Shown here: positions 18,357 to 28,388 of the stretch, one piece after another | How the letters are laid out: each line of letters starts with the position of its first letter | Numbering within the stretch: the stretch's first letter is position 1 | Assembly (NCBI GenBank): GCA_050253415.1 | Contig: JBFWJC010000001.1 | Location: 648,679-712,678 of the forward strand | From: Pedobacter sp. | GTDB lineage: Bacteria > Desulfobacterota > Desulfuromonadia > Desulfuromonadales > Syntrophotaleaceae | Reading direction: 5' to 3' | DNA: 64,000 bases | Translations under genes and position numbers: made by a program | The notes under the pieces: model-generated | Told to the model about the DNA's origin: nothing | Database searches by the model: none | The model's input: only the letters and a program-made list of their open reading frames with translations

Positions 18357-19730
18357 GTGGAACATCACGCCAACATCCTGATCGTCGATGCCGATCAAAC
18401 ACTCGGCCAGGCTTTGGAGCAGATGCTCCTCAGCCGGGGACATCTGGTTAAGCGTACCTGCTCCGGGCAGGACGCTCTGGATAGTCTGGCCAGCGACACG
18501 CCGGACTTGATGGTCCTCGATCTGCAACTGCCCGATGTCGACGGATGGCATGTGCTGGAACAGGTCAGTGCTCTTGGCGATGGCTGCCCGGTGGTGGTGT
18601 CCACCGCCCGGGAATTGCCGGAACACGCGGTTACCGCTTTACTCAACGGTCCCGGCGATTACCTGCGCAAACCGGCCTCCGCCGAGGAGCTGACGGTTGT
18701 GGTGCAGCGTACCCTGGAGAACAGTCGTTTGCGCAAGGAAGTGGCCTGCCTGCGTAACCAGAAGAGCGAGCGCTTCGGTCAACCCTCGATCATCGCCTGC
18801 AGTCGCGAAATGCGTCAGGTGCTGGAGATGGTCGAGAAGGTTGCCGGTAGCGATGCTTCCACGGTTTTTATCCAGGGGGAAAGCGGTACCGGTAAAGAAC
18901 TGGTGGCGCGGGCCATTCATTATCAGAGCGCCCGTGCTGATCAACCGTTCATGGCCATCAACTGTGCTGCCGTGCCCCAGACGCTGCTCGAGAGCGAGTT
19001 GATGGGCCATGAAAAAGGCGCCTTCACCGATGCCAAGAACCTGAAAAAAGGTCTGTTTGAGTTGGCCGATGGCGGCACCGTATTTCTTGATGAAATTGGT
19101 GATATGGATCCGGCCATGCAGGCCAAGCTGCTGCGGGTACTGGAAGAGCGTACTTTCCGGCGGGTGGGCGGTACCCGCGACATCACCGTCGATGTGCGTA
19201 TCCTTTCGGCAACCAACCGGGATTTGCGCAAGGCGATGGAGGACAAATCCTTCCGTCCGGATCTGTATTATCGCATCGGCGTCATCCCCATCCAACTACC
19301 GCCGTTGCGCGAACGTCGTGACGATATCCTGCCCTTGGCCGAGTTTTTTATCAGCCAGTTCAACCGCGAATTCCATAAAAATGTGCAGGGTATTTCCCGC
19401 ATGGCGCAGAAGATTCTGCTTGAATACTCATGGCCCGGAAATATCCGCGAGTTGCGCAATGTCATAGAGCGTTCCATTATTCTCGAATGCGAAGACCAGC
19501 TGCTGGTGGAAAATCTGCCCCGTGAGCTGGTGGCCCAATCGGTGGGCGATAACATCGGCCCCCTCAATTTTCAACTTCCCCCTGAAGGGGTCAATATCGA
19601 GGATATTGAGCGGGAACTCATCCGACAGGCCCTCGAGATGGCCAAAGGCAACCAGACTCAGGCCGCAAAATTGCTGCACCTGGGAATCGACGCCTTTCGC
19701 TATCGCATGAAGAAATTCGATTTTATGTGA
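18357..19730 (+). CDS. Sigma54-dependent response regulator (NtrC family: REC-AAA-Fis HTH)
   Basis: LDLQLPD receiver, GESGTGKE, GAFTDA, WPGNIREL, C-terminal HTH; start uncertain (18327 or 18357). Confidence 0.95.
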   Translation: MEHHANILIVDADQTLGQALEQMLLSRGHLVKRTCSGQDALDSLASDTPDLMVLDLQLPDVDGWHVLEQVSALGDGCPVVVSTARELPEHAVTALLNGPGDYLRKPASAEELTVVVQRTLENSRLRKEVACLRNQKSERFGQPSIIACSREMRQVLEMVEKVAGSDASTVFIQGESGTGKELVARAIHYQSARADQPFMAINCAAVPQTLLESELMGHEKGAFTDAKNLKKGLFELADGGTVFLDEIGDMDPAMQAKLLRVLEERTFRRVGGTRDITVDVRILSATNRDLRKAMEDKSFRPDLYYRIGVIPIQLPPLRERRDDILPLAEFFISQFNREFHKNVQGISRMAQKILLEYSWPGNIRELRNVIERSIILECEDQLLVENLPRELVAQSVGDNIGPLNFQLPPEGVNIEDIERELIRQALEMAKGNQTQAAKLLHLGIDAFRYRMKKFDFM

Positions 19731-19753
19731 AAAACAGTCATTGGTGATTGGTT

Positions 19754-19787
19754 AAACGGCGCTGGCGGAATGCAGCGCCGTTTTTTC
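19754..19787. terminator. Intrinsic terminator
   Basis: aaacggcgctg...cagcgccgtttttt. Confidence 0.75.
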
Positions 19788-19806
19788 GTGGGTTCGGCCA
19801 AACCGG

Positions 19807-20328
19807 CTAGCCTTCCCCCAACGCCTCGGCGATGGTCCGGCAAAAAGCCGGTAAATCGCCGGGCATGCGCGAGGTGACCAGGTTGCCGTCGCGTACCACT
19901 TCCTTGTCGACATAACGTGCCCCGGCATTGATCAGATCGTCGCGGATGGCGAAATAGCAGGTCAGGGTACGACCGTCGACGATGCGTGCCGAGGCCAGTA
20001 GCCAGGCGCCGTGGCAGATGGCCGCCACGATTTTATGGGCCTTGTGGGCCTGCAGCACCAGGTCGATCATGGTATCGAAGCGCCGCATGCGATCCGGCGC
20101 ATAACCGCCCGGAACGATCATGGCGTCGAACTGGTCGCCGCGCACCTCGTCCATGCAAGCATCGGCACTGACCGGATAACCGTGCTTGGAACTGTAGACT
20201 TTCTTTTCCGGGCCGATAACCGTCACCTCGGCCCCGGCCTCACGAAACCGCAATACCGGGTACCACAGTTCCAGATCTTCGTACAGATCTTCCACCAGCA
20301 CAGCAATGCGTTTATTTTTCAGCGACAT
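19807..20328 (-). CDS. PfpI/DJ-1 family protein (YhbO-like glyoxalase/deglycase)
   Basis: EDLELWYP, VPGGYAPD, AAICHG, DGNLVTSR. Confidence 0.93.
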   Translation of the reverse strand: MSLKNKRIAVLVEDLYEDLELWYPVLRFREAGAEVTVIGPEKKVYSSKHGYPVSADACMDEVRGDQFDAMIVPGGYAPDRMRRFDTMIDLVLQAHKAHKIVAAICHGAWLLASARIVDGRTLTCYFAIRDDLINAGARYVDKEVVRDGNLVTSRMPGDLPAFCRTIAEALGEG

Positions 20329-20357
20329 GCCGTATCCTCCTCAATTTGGTTTGTCCA

Positions 20358-21077
20358 TCAGGGCAACTGCAGGATCATGCCGTCATGGGCGATAGACGCC
20401 TTGATGCCCAGCCTTCGTGCGTTGCTTTGCAGTTGATGAATAACCCGCATTTCATCGGCGACGATTTCCTCACCGCAGTGACTGATCACCATGCGCGGGA
20501 CTTTTTCCTCGGCGCACCAGCGCAGCTGATCCCGCAGGGGCGCATGTCCATAGAGCATATCATCTTCCCAACGCAGCAGTGATTGATGATACGAAGCGCC
20601 GTCGCCGATGTAAATCTGCACGCCCGTTAAAGCCTGGTGCTGCTCAGGGATGGCGGCCACGTCCGGGCAGTAAAAAATCGTGCTGCGACCGGCCTGGATA
20701 CGGTACCCGACAGCGGGCGCGCGCGGCGAATGTTGCAGGGCGAAAGCTTCGCAGCTGATGCCGGCCACATAAAAGGGTTGCCTTGCTGCGATAAGCCTGC
20801 GGCGGGGCAGGGGAAATGTATCTATTTTTTCCCAGGTGACGGCATCGGCATAGACCGGGCAGGCAGCCCCGGCAACCAGACCGCCGATATGATCGGGATG
20901 GGCGTGCGTCAGTAGCAGAGCGGTGGGCTCGAATGCCGGAAGTCGCCCCAGCCAGTCGCTGCCGCAGTCAATAAGCAGACGCCGCCCGCCGAAGGCCACT
21001 TCCAGCAGGCTCTGACGGGCGTGCCTGGCGTTGCGCTGCGCGATAGAACTGAGAGTGCCGTGAAAAATCAGTTTCAT
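20358..21077 (-). CDS. Metallo-beta-lactamase-fold hydrolase
   Basis: LIDCG, THAHPDH, HS, YCPD, GHA, SH motifs. Confidence 0.88.
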   Translation of the reverse strand: MKLIFHGTLSSIAQRNARHARQSLLEVAFGGRRLLIDCGSDWLGRLPAFEPTALLLTHAHPDHIGGLVAGAACPVYADAVTWEKIDTFPLPRRRLIAARQPFYVAGISCEAFALQHSPRAPAVGYRIQAGRSTIFYCPDVAAIPEQHQALTGVQIYIGDGASYHQSLLRWEDDMLYGHAPLRDQLRWCAEEKVPRMVISHCGEEIVADEMRVIHQLQSNARRLGIKASIAHDGMILQLP

Positions 21078-22537
21078 GGCTGGTAACGAGCGATGTACTG
21101 ATCCACCGCTACCTTGCGCGCGGTATTGCGCGAACTCATATAGCGGATTTTACCGAACACCGGCCGCTGCGGTCCCCAGGCCCGATCGAAGCGGCCCAGC
21201 ACCCAGGCAATGCCACTGTACGAATTGGGATCGCAACCGTCCAGGGCATATCGATCATTAAGTTCGATCATGGTGGTCAGGGCTTGTTGCGCAGAGGTGC
21301 TCCATTGCAGAATTTTTTTACCCCACAACATGCGCAGGTAGTTATGCAGTCGCCCCTCTCTGACCAATTGTATCTGCGCCGCATTCCACAACCGATCGTG
21401 GGTTTGTCCGGTGGCCAGTTCCTGCAGGCTGTACAGGTAAGGACGGGGATCGGCGGCGTGATCCAGCAAAGTGGTTTGCGCCCATGCGGGCAGGCCTTCG
21501 AATCGATCGTAATCGTCACGCCTCAGGCAGAACAGGTACCCCAGTTCGCGCCAGGTGATGAGTTGATCGAGAAACGCCTCGGCGTTTGCACTCACCCCCC
21601 ACCAGCCGCTACGTTGACCGCGCGTCTCGAGAGACAGGTTCGATGGATGCCAGCCCTCCTGATCCAGCAACTGTTGCACGATTTGGTGGCTTGAGATATG
21701 TCCCCAGCGCAAAAACGGCGACAGGCCGCTGGTGACCTCCTGTTGTGGTTGGTTGCGGTGGGACTGGTAGAGGGAGAGGTGTTCACGTAAAAAAACTTCC
21801 AGAGCATGGCGGGCGGCGACGGAACCACCCTGCGTTTCCACCGGCTCGGTGTCTTGTCCGATGGGCAGGCGGTAAAGGGCTTCACGGTTTCCGCAAAGCA
21901 GGTCGTCGCCGGTGGCCGGCCAGCGTTCATGGATGTCTGTGGGCAGCGCGGGCGTCGGTAAAAGCGAAGCGTCGGCCAGAGGATCAGCCAGCGGCATGTG
22001 CAAAAGGTGGGGCAGCAGGTTTCGTTGCAAATAACGCCGAAGACTGTAGGCCGTGGTGAACTCGCGGTCGGCAGCTCTGAGCGGCAAGATGCCGTTGCTG
22101 TCGACGCGCTCCAGCAGCAGAGGTAATCGCTCGGCCAGCTGTTGCGTGTCCCGAAGTGCTTTGCGCAGGGGGCGCAGGTCGGTGACCACCATGCAGGCCG
22201 GTTGTGCAAGGGCCATAACAAGATCAGGAATTTGACCAGGCTTACTTTCGACGAACGGATAGTAGCCCACAGGGCGGTGGGCCATGCTGCGGGCGTTTTC
22301 AGCCATGCCGTCGAGGGCGAAATGGTGGTGGCGCAGATTGACATGCGGATCGTCGCAGGGAAGGGTTTCCACCACCAACAACGGCCGCTGTAGTTTTTGG
22401 GCCCATTCCACGGCTCGCTGCAGGGCGTAATTCCACCCGATGCGGCGTGCGGCGTTCATCCAGTAGAGAATATAGCTGCCGTCGGTGCGCACCGGGTGGT
22501 GGTTACAGACTTCAATACGTATTTCGGGAACCGGCAT
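21074..22537 (-). CDS. phr: Deoxyribodipyrimidine photolyase, class II-like
   Basis: YWM..ARR..NYAL, SGLSPFLRWG, WREL, WNAAQ, HNYLRMLWGKKI, DGCDPNSY, FGKIRYM; ATG at 22537 with ggag RBS. Confidence 0.92.
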   Translation of the reverse strand: MPVPEIRIEVCNHHPVRTDGSYILYWMNAARRIGWNYALQRAVEWAQKLQRPLLVVETLPCDDPHVNLRHHHFALDGMAENARSMAHRPVGYYPFVESKPGQIPDLVMALAQPACMVVTDLRPLRKALRDTQQLAERLPLLLERVDSNGILPLRAADREFTTAYSLRRYLQRNLLPHLLHMPLADPLADASLLPTPALPTDIHERWPATGDDLLCGNREALYRLPIGQDTEPVETQGGSVAARHALEVFLREHLSLYQSHRNQPQQEVTSGLSPFLRWGHISSHQIVQQLLDQEGWHPSNLSLETRGQRSGWWGVSANAEAFLDQLITWRELGYLFCLRRDDYDRFEGLPAWAQTTLLDHAADPRPYLYSLQELATGQTHDRLWNAAQIQLVREGRLHNYLRMLWGKKILQWSTSAQQALTTMIELNDRYALDGCDPNSYSGIAWVLGRFDRAWGPQRPVFGKIRYMSSRNTARKVAVDQYIARYQP

Positions 22538-22687
22538 GGGCAAATCTCCATGGCTAAAGGCTGGATGATCCCGTAATTGCCAGCGGGGTGGAAGTGGTAG
22601 CTTTGATACCTGGAATAGGGGTTGCATCCCCGCCCGTCGCCTGCTCCTCTCCGGCGGCGTCACAGGGGGTAGAAAGTCAACATCTCC

Positions 22688-23902
22688 TTACATTGCAACC
22701 AACCACAACCATCCGGCGGTTACTGCGAGGCTCAGCAGGGTGACCGGTACGCCAATGCGGGCATGCTCCCGCCACCCCAGAGGCACGCCCAGTCGGGCGG
22801 CCTGGTCGACTACGATGATATTGGCGATGCTGCCGATGACCAGCAGGTTGCCTGCCAGGGTGCTTGCCAGGGCCAGCAGCGCACCGGCCGCAGGGTGTTT
22901 GGCGGCAGGTAGCAGCAGCATGACCGCCGGCACGTTGGAGACCAGATTGGATAGCACCGCCGCCAGGCCGAACAGCCAGCCGGGTCGGGTAATATCGATG
23001 CCGTAAGCAGCCAAGGTGTTCAGGCTGCGGGCGGGCAGGTCGCTGGCGGCCAAGGCTTGATGGACGACAAACAGCCCCATGAATAATAATAGCAATTGCC
23101 AGTCTACCAGATTTAACAACAGGCGCGAGGCGGTGCGGCGGCTGGTCAGTAGCAGAGCTGCTGCGGCCAGTGCTATCAGTTCACGCGGCCAGTCGGTAAA
23201 CAGGAATGCACCGGTGACCATAGCCAATAGCACCAGCCCTTTGATTGATTGCCATGAATCCCATGCCCTTGCCGTCGAAATATCGGCGGTAACTGCAAGG
23301 TTCCATCGTTGGCGGTACGCACGGGTTATGACCAGCCAGGTGATGCCAAGTCCGATCAGCACCGGTACCGCTGCCAGCCCCAGATATCCGAGAAAAGACA
23401 GTTGCAGCGTCTGTCCAATGAGGATGTTCTGCGGGTTGCCGACAAGGGTAGCGGCAGAGCCGATATTGGCGGCGCAGGCCAGACCCAGTAAAAACGGGAT
23501 GGGGGTCAGGTGTCTGCGGGCGCAACCCTCCACCAGTATCGGTGCCATCGCCAGGCAGACGATGTCATTGACGAGAAGCGCCGACAGCAGTGCGCTGATT
23601 ACGATCAACAGAGCCAGCAGCGTACCGGGTGTGAGCTTTGCGGTGATTGTCCGACGGGTCAACTGGCTGTAAAAACCACCCAATCGCAACTGAGCGGACA
23701 CTATCATCAATCCGAACAGCAGAGCTATGGTCGGCAAATCGATGGCGGACCAGGCGGCTGCCAGGTCGAGGCGCTGACCAATTACCATCAACAGGGCCCC
23801 GAGCAGGGCAATTCCGGTGCGGTCCAGAGCCAGTCCGGGCAGCCGTCCGAGAAACATTCCGAGATAAACCAGGATAAATATCAGGATGGCAAAAAGGTCC
23901 AT
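22688..23902 (-). CDS. Anion permease (ArsB/NhaD/SLC13-type)
   Basis: DRTGIALLGA, ANIGSAATLVGNPQN, SNLVSNVPA, GSIANIIV. Confidence 0.88.
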   Translation of the reverse strand: MDLFAILIFILVYLGMFLGRLPGLALDRTGIALLGALLMVIGQRLDLAAAWSAIDLPTIALLFGLMIVSAQLRLGGFYSQLTRRTITAKLTPGTLLALLIVISALLSALLVNDIVCLAMAPILVEGCARRHLTPIPFLLGLACAANIGSAATLVGNPQNILIGQTLQLSFLGYLGLAAVPVLIGLGITWLVITRAYRQRWNLAVTADISTARAWDSWQSIKGLVLLAMVTGAFLFTDWPRELIALAAAALLLTSRRTASRLLLNLVDWQLLLLFMGLFVVHQALAASDLPARSLNTLAAYGIDITRPGWLFGLAAVLSNLVSNVPAVMLLLPAAKHPAAGALLALASTLAGNLLVIGSIANIIVVDQAARLGVPLGWREHARIGVPVTLLSLAVTAGWLWLVAM

Positions 23903-23918
23903 AACAGGTGCCGCCAGG

Positions 23919-24809
23919 TCAGGTTGTAGGTTGATAGCCAGGCCAATCTTTGAGGATCTGGAAAGGATACTGAGAGGAAGGGGCGATAACGTTGGTTTTT
24001 GCAGAATCACCGATTTCAGGCGTTATCCCCCGATCCAGCAGGGCGGTTTTGACCCTTTCGGAAATATCGCTGGCCAGGACACGCTCAAGGCGGATTTCAT
24101 GCACATAGGCCTTGATGGTGAAGCGCGTCAAAAAGGTGAAGTCGAAATGATCTTCCACCAGCACCGTGATCGGCTTGTCGAGTTGCACATAGGGGGAGCA
24201 GGCGGCCGCCTCCCAGGCGATCTGTTTGATCGGGGCGATGGGCACCGAAGCCGGCAGGACAAAGCGCACCACAACCATCTCGTTGAGTTGGCCGGTGTTG
24301 GAGTTGCTGACGCAACCGGTCTGCACAAGACTGTTGGGGAAGGTCACCACCGAGTCTTCGAAGGTGCGAAGTTGTACCGAGCGCAGTCCGATATTGACCA
24401 CTTCCCCATAATGGTCGCCTACCTGGATCATGTCGCCGACATGAAATGGTCGCTCAAACAGGATCAGGATACCGGCCACGATATTGCGCACCAGGTCCTG
24501 GGCCCCCAGTCCGATGGCCAGACCGGCCGAGGCGGAAATGGTCAGCAGGGTATTGAGGGGTGGGTGGATGACAACGAAGACGATATAGGCAATAGCACCG
24601 ATCCAGGTCAAAAGGCGCAGCACCGGGTAGATCCCGGAGATCAGCAGGCGGTAGCGGCTGAAACGGTTCGCAAGGGTTTGCAGCGCACGCCGTAAAACCC
24701 ACAGCCCTGCCGCCGTCATGACGATGACCAGCAGGCTCATCAGTAACCGATCGCGTGACAGGTACTGTTCGATAAACTCTGGAACTTCGGGAAGTTTTAT
24801 GTCTTTCAT
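23919..24809 (-). CDS. MscS family mechanosensitive channel
   Basis: GLGAQDLVRNIVAG, ERPFHVGD, GEVVNIGLRS, FPNS. Confidence 0.92.
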   Translation of the reverse strand: MKDIKLPEVPEFIEQYLSRDRLLMSLLVIVMTAAGLWVLRRALQTLANRFSRYRLLISGIYPVLRLLTWIGAIAYIVFVVIHPPLNTLLTISASAGLAIGLGAQDLVRNIVAGILILFERPFHVGDMIQVGDHYGEVVNIGLRSVQLRTFEDSVVTFPNSLVQTGCVSNSNTGQLNEMVVVRFVLPASVPIAPIKQIAWEAAACSPYVQLDKPITVLVEDHFDFTFLTRFTIKAYVHEIRLERVLASDISERVKTALLDRGITPEIGDSAKTNVIAPSSQYPFQILKDWPGYQPTT

Positions 24810-24824
24810 CGCATCCTCGTGGCG

Positions 24825-27173
24825 TTATTGGATGATGTTGCGGGCTTCCAGCAGGGAAGATATGGGGGCAAAAAACAGGGGATTGACCTGGTAACATGCA
24901 AACGGCTCTTCGCCTTGCGGATATTGCAGCAGGTTGATCTGCGCCAGATAGTCCAGCAATGTACGACTTTGCAGGGGACTGCCGCCGAACACTGCGGCAT
25001 GTTCCTGGGCGGTAAGCCCGCCATGTGCAAGAATTTCGGCCAAAGCGTAAAGCTGGGGCCTGTCAAGATTACGTAAAGAACTGTAGTCGAGCTTATCCAG
25101 TGGGGTCACCTGAAGGGTCTGCTGCTGCGCATCGTAATCGAGGCTCAAAAGCCAGTAATACAGTGCCGCCTGCATATTGCCGCGCGTAGCGGCGAACAGG
25201 TCGGAAAAAAACCGATCCTGACGACTGGTCTGATCGTCTTTGCCGGAAGAGGGGCCAGCCTTTACGGATTTATCCCCGTTGAGAAAGGTGACCGGATAAC
25301 CGCTGGTCTGCAAACGCAGCAACAACGCATCCCGGATTTCCCCCTGGCTGTTGAAGAGGGTATGAACCTGATGGGTGAAGTAACGATCGATGCCGAGCAG
25401 GTGGTCCATGCGATGCCAGGGGTATTTGCGCACCGTTGCTACCCATAGCTGACGGTGGCGGCTGGCCAGGACCAGGCGCAAAAAAGCGCGGCCTGCTTCC
25501 AGACTGCCAACGGTACGCAGCAGCAGGTGGTGGAGACCTTCGACAATGATGACGCTGCGCGGCATGGTTTTTACATGGTTTTCCATGGCGCTGAGGTCGA
25601 CAGGGACTTCCGGCAGGCCGAACCATTGTTGGCAGGCCTCGAGCAGTTGCGTTTCGCTGGTTAAACGTTTGTCCAGGTTGAGACGAATAACCGGCATCTG
25701 ATTGCCGAGTTCGCTTTGAAAACAATTGACCAGCGAAGTTTTGCCGCTGCCGTCGGGTCCGGTCACCGCGATGCTGCACAAAAGCCCCTCCTGCCAACGC
25801 TGAAACAATTCCCTCAGTGTGTCGAGGTCTTTATTCTTACCGACCATGAATTCACGGTTTTTCAAGGCACCGCTGGTAAACAGGCGCCGACAGACCGGAG
25901 GCAGTTTCGCGGCTTTTTGTAAAATGGCTTCAGGGGTCGGTAAATCGCCAATGCTACGCAGTATCGCATCGCCGTTGGCCGCTAGTTTTTTACCGGGCAA
26001 CCAGCGTGTGATAGCCTGGTACAAAAACTGCCAGGAAAGGGCTGCCCTTTCCAGAGGTTCCTGCAGGCTATCATGCCAGGCGTGGTATTTTTGCCGCCAG
26101 ATACGGAGCAAGCGCCGGCGCTGATGTGTCAATCTTTCCTGACGGCTGAGGATGCGCTGCAGGTCCTTGGGAATCAGGCGCAGCATTTCCCGGCATTCTT
26201 GTGCCAATTCTTCCTGTAGCTGGTGGGACAGTTCCTTGAGCGGAACGGCCACGGTCGCCAGTTGCTGTTCGGTGCGGGTCAGGGTTTCCGTTACCAGCCG
26301 GGCGGATTCCGCCAGCTTCTGCAGAAGGACGGAATTTTCCGCTGTATCGCTTTTAGCCTCACCGGCCAGTCGTGCACAGTCCTCGGCTGCGGTTTCCAGA
26401 TTAAAGCGCAGCCCCCTCCACATGTCGGCGCAGCTGCGGCTGACTTGTTCATGACGTTGTGCGTACCCTCCGGAAGCCGGGGTGTGATCCGGTTGCAGCA
26501 TGGCAGGGAGATGGCGGGCGAAGGCTTCCTGCAATACCGGTTGCAGAATCTGGTAACGCCGTCCCAGTTGGTAGCGAAACCGCCAGAAGAGAATGCGGGC
26601 TGTCAGTTTCGAGTGCCCGGCACAGGCCTTTTGCAATATCACCGGACCCTCTATCTGCCAGATGCTGCGCCCCTTTAAGTCGTTTTGTTGCATGCGGTCC
26701 CGGATCAGGGTCAGGTCTTCCGGCAGGTTGCGGCTGACCTGCGACAGGGCGTCGCCAACGCTTTGCACAATTTTGTTCCAGAGGCGATTTTTGGGGCGAA
26801 CCTGATTCAGACTGCGCTCCTGGCGCACCCGGACCCGGTCATACAGCCATAAAATCCGCCCTTCGATGGTGCGCGTCAATCGGGACAGGGCCTCGGGTGC
26901 AAGGGGGGTGGTCGCCCGCACCTCATCGAATTCCTTGGCCAGCAGATCGGCGCTGCTTGCCAGATGGACGGCAACCTCGGCCAGCTCTTTGTCGAGCATT
27001 TCGTCCGCGGCAGCCAGTTCGGCACATCCCTGTTCAAGTGCTTTGTCGATGGCTTCGGCCAGTTTCTGCAGCAGGGTATCGAGCTGCGGTTGCTGATCGA
27101 CAGCGCTGAAAAAGCTGTCCCGCATGGAGATCCGGGTTAAATAATCCTTACAGTCTGTTTCTCTTACAGCCAT
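24825..27173 (-). CDS. Large helical protein with a C-terminal P-loop (AAA-like) ATPase and a possible winged helix
   Basis: Walker A GPDGSGKTS, Walker B-like VIIVEG; long helical N-terminus; start overlaps the corA stop. Confidence 0.8.
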   Translation of the reverse strand: MAVRETDCKDYLTRISMRDSFFSAVDQQPQLDTLLQKLAEAIDKALEQGCAELAAADEMLDKELAEVAVHLASSADLLAKEFDEVRATTPLAPEALSRLTRTIEGRILWLYDRVRVRQERSLNQVRPKNRLWNKIVQSVGDALSQVSRNLPEDLTLIRDRMQQNDLKGRSIWQIEGPVILQKACAGHSKLTARILFWRFRYQLGRRYQILQPVLQEAFARHLPAMLQPDHTPASGGYAQRHEQVSRSCADMWRGLRFNLETAAEDCARLAGEAKSDTAENSVLLQKLAESARLVTETLTRTEQQLATVAVPLKELSHQLQEELAQECREMLRLIPKDLQRILSRQERLTHQRRRLLRIWRQKYHAWHDSLQEPLERAALSWQFLYQAITRWLPGKKLAANGDAILRSIGDLPTPEAILQKAAKLPPVCRRLFTSGALKNREFMVGKNKDLDTLRELFQRWQEGLLCSIAVTGPDGSGKTSLVNCFQSELGNQMPVIRLNLDKRLTSETQLLEACQQWFGLPEVPVDLSAMENHVKTMPRSVIIVEGLHHLLLRTVGSLEAGRAFLRLVLASRHRQLWVATVRKYPWHRMDHLLGIDRYFTHQVHTLFNSQGEIRDALLLRLQTSGYPVTFLNGDKSVKAGPSSGKDDQTSRQDRFFSDLFAATRGNMQAALYYWLLSLDYDAQQQTLQVTPLDKLDYSSLRNLDRPQLYALAEILAHGGLTAQEHAAVFGGSPLQSRTLLDYLAQINLLQYPQGEEPFACYQVNPLFFAPISSLLEARNIIQ

Positions 27174-28267
27174 CGCTTCCTCTTGAAAAAGATGAACATG
27201 ATCCCCGCCATCAGGAGCATCGCCAGCCACAGCAGCGGATAGCTCCAACGCCAGTGAAGCTCCGGCATGTACTCAAAGTTCATGCCATAGATTCCAGCAA
27301 CGAAGGTCAGCGGGATGAACACCGTGGCGATGATGGTCAACACTTTCATGACTTCGTTCATACGATTGCTGATGCTGGTCATATACAGGTCCAGCAGACC
27401 GGACAGGATGTCCCGCAACGTTTCCACCGTGTCGATGATCTGGATGGTGTGGTCGTACACGTCACGCAGAAAGACGTCGGTGGTATCCGTGATCAAGGGC
27501 GATTCGTCGCGCTGCAAGCTGGATATTAATTCGCGCAAGGGCCACACGGCCTTGCGCAGCAGAATCATTTCACGTTTGAAATGGTGAATACGGGACTGCG
27601 TATCCTGGTTTGGACCGTTGATGATGTCTTCCTCCAGGTTTTCGATTTCCTCGCCGAGGTTTTCCAGTATGGAATAATAGCTGTCCACCACCGAGTCGAG
27701 CAGCACGTAGGCCAGATAGTCCGATCCCATTTTCCGGAGACGCCCCTTGTTGTTGCGCAGGCGTTGACGCACGCCGTCAAAGACATCCCCTTTTTGCTCC
27801 TGGAAAGAAAGGACATAGCCGGGACCAAGGATCAAACTCACCTGTTCGGTGGTGACGGAGGCGGTTGCACTATCGAAACGCGGCATTTTCAACACCATGA
27901 AAAGGTAGTCTTCGAAATCCTCTAATTTGGGCCGGTGGGTGGTATTGACGATGTCTTCCATGACCAGCGGATGAAGGCCGAAGTCGGTGCCGATTTTTTC
28001 CAGACTGTCCAGTTGGTGAACGCCGTCGAGATTGATCCAGCTGATGGTGGGGGTGTCGCGAAAAGCCCGGCACTGTTCTGCCGCAGTCAGTTCCCGTTCC
28101 TCCAGGTGGTCGCGTGTATAATCGATCAGACTGATATGTACCGGCTCGGCGCGTTCGTTACCGATATGCACCATGGTGCCGGGGGATTGGCCAGCCTTAT
28201 GGGAGGTTTTACGCAGAAGTTTTTTGGAAACGATTGGCGGTTGTTGACGGCGTTTTTTTGCAGGCAT
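27164..28267 (-). CDS. corA: Magnesium/cobalt transporter CorA
   Basis: LHPLVMEDI, RPKLED, MNEVMKVLT, GIYGMNF, MPEL. Confidence 0.96.
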   Translation of the reverse strand: MPAKKRRQQPPIVSKKLLRKTSHKAGQSPGTMVHIGNERAEPVHISLIDYTRDHLEERELTAAEQCRAFRDTPTISWINLDGVHQLDSLEKIGTDFGLHPLVMEDIVNTTHRPKLEDFEDYLFMVLKMPRFDSATASVTTEQVSLILGPGYVLSFQEQKGDVFDGVRQRLRNNKGRLRKMGSDYLAYVLLDSVVDSYYSILENLGEEIENLEEDIINGPNQDTQSRIHHFKREMILLRKAVWPLRELISSLQRDESPLITDTTDVFLRDVYDHTIQIIDTVETLRDILSGLLDLYMTSISNRMNEVMKVLTIIATVFIPLTFVAGIYGMNFEYMPELHWRWSYPLLWLAMLLMAGIMFIFFKRKRWL

Positions 28268-28388
28268 CGTTTCTCCTTCGAGGAGCTTGGCGGGATTGGG
28301 GTATCTGTTAGGATTTAGCTTAATAAGAGTTGTTTGGCATTAAATATTTTACCATGGTGAATTTCAACCGCTGAATGAGAGGTGATCT

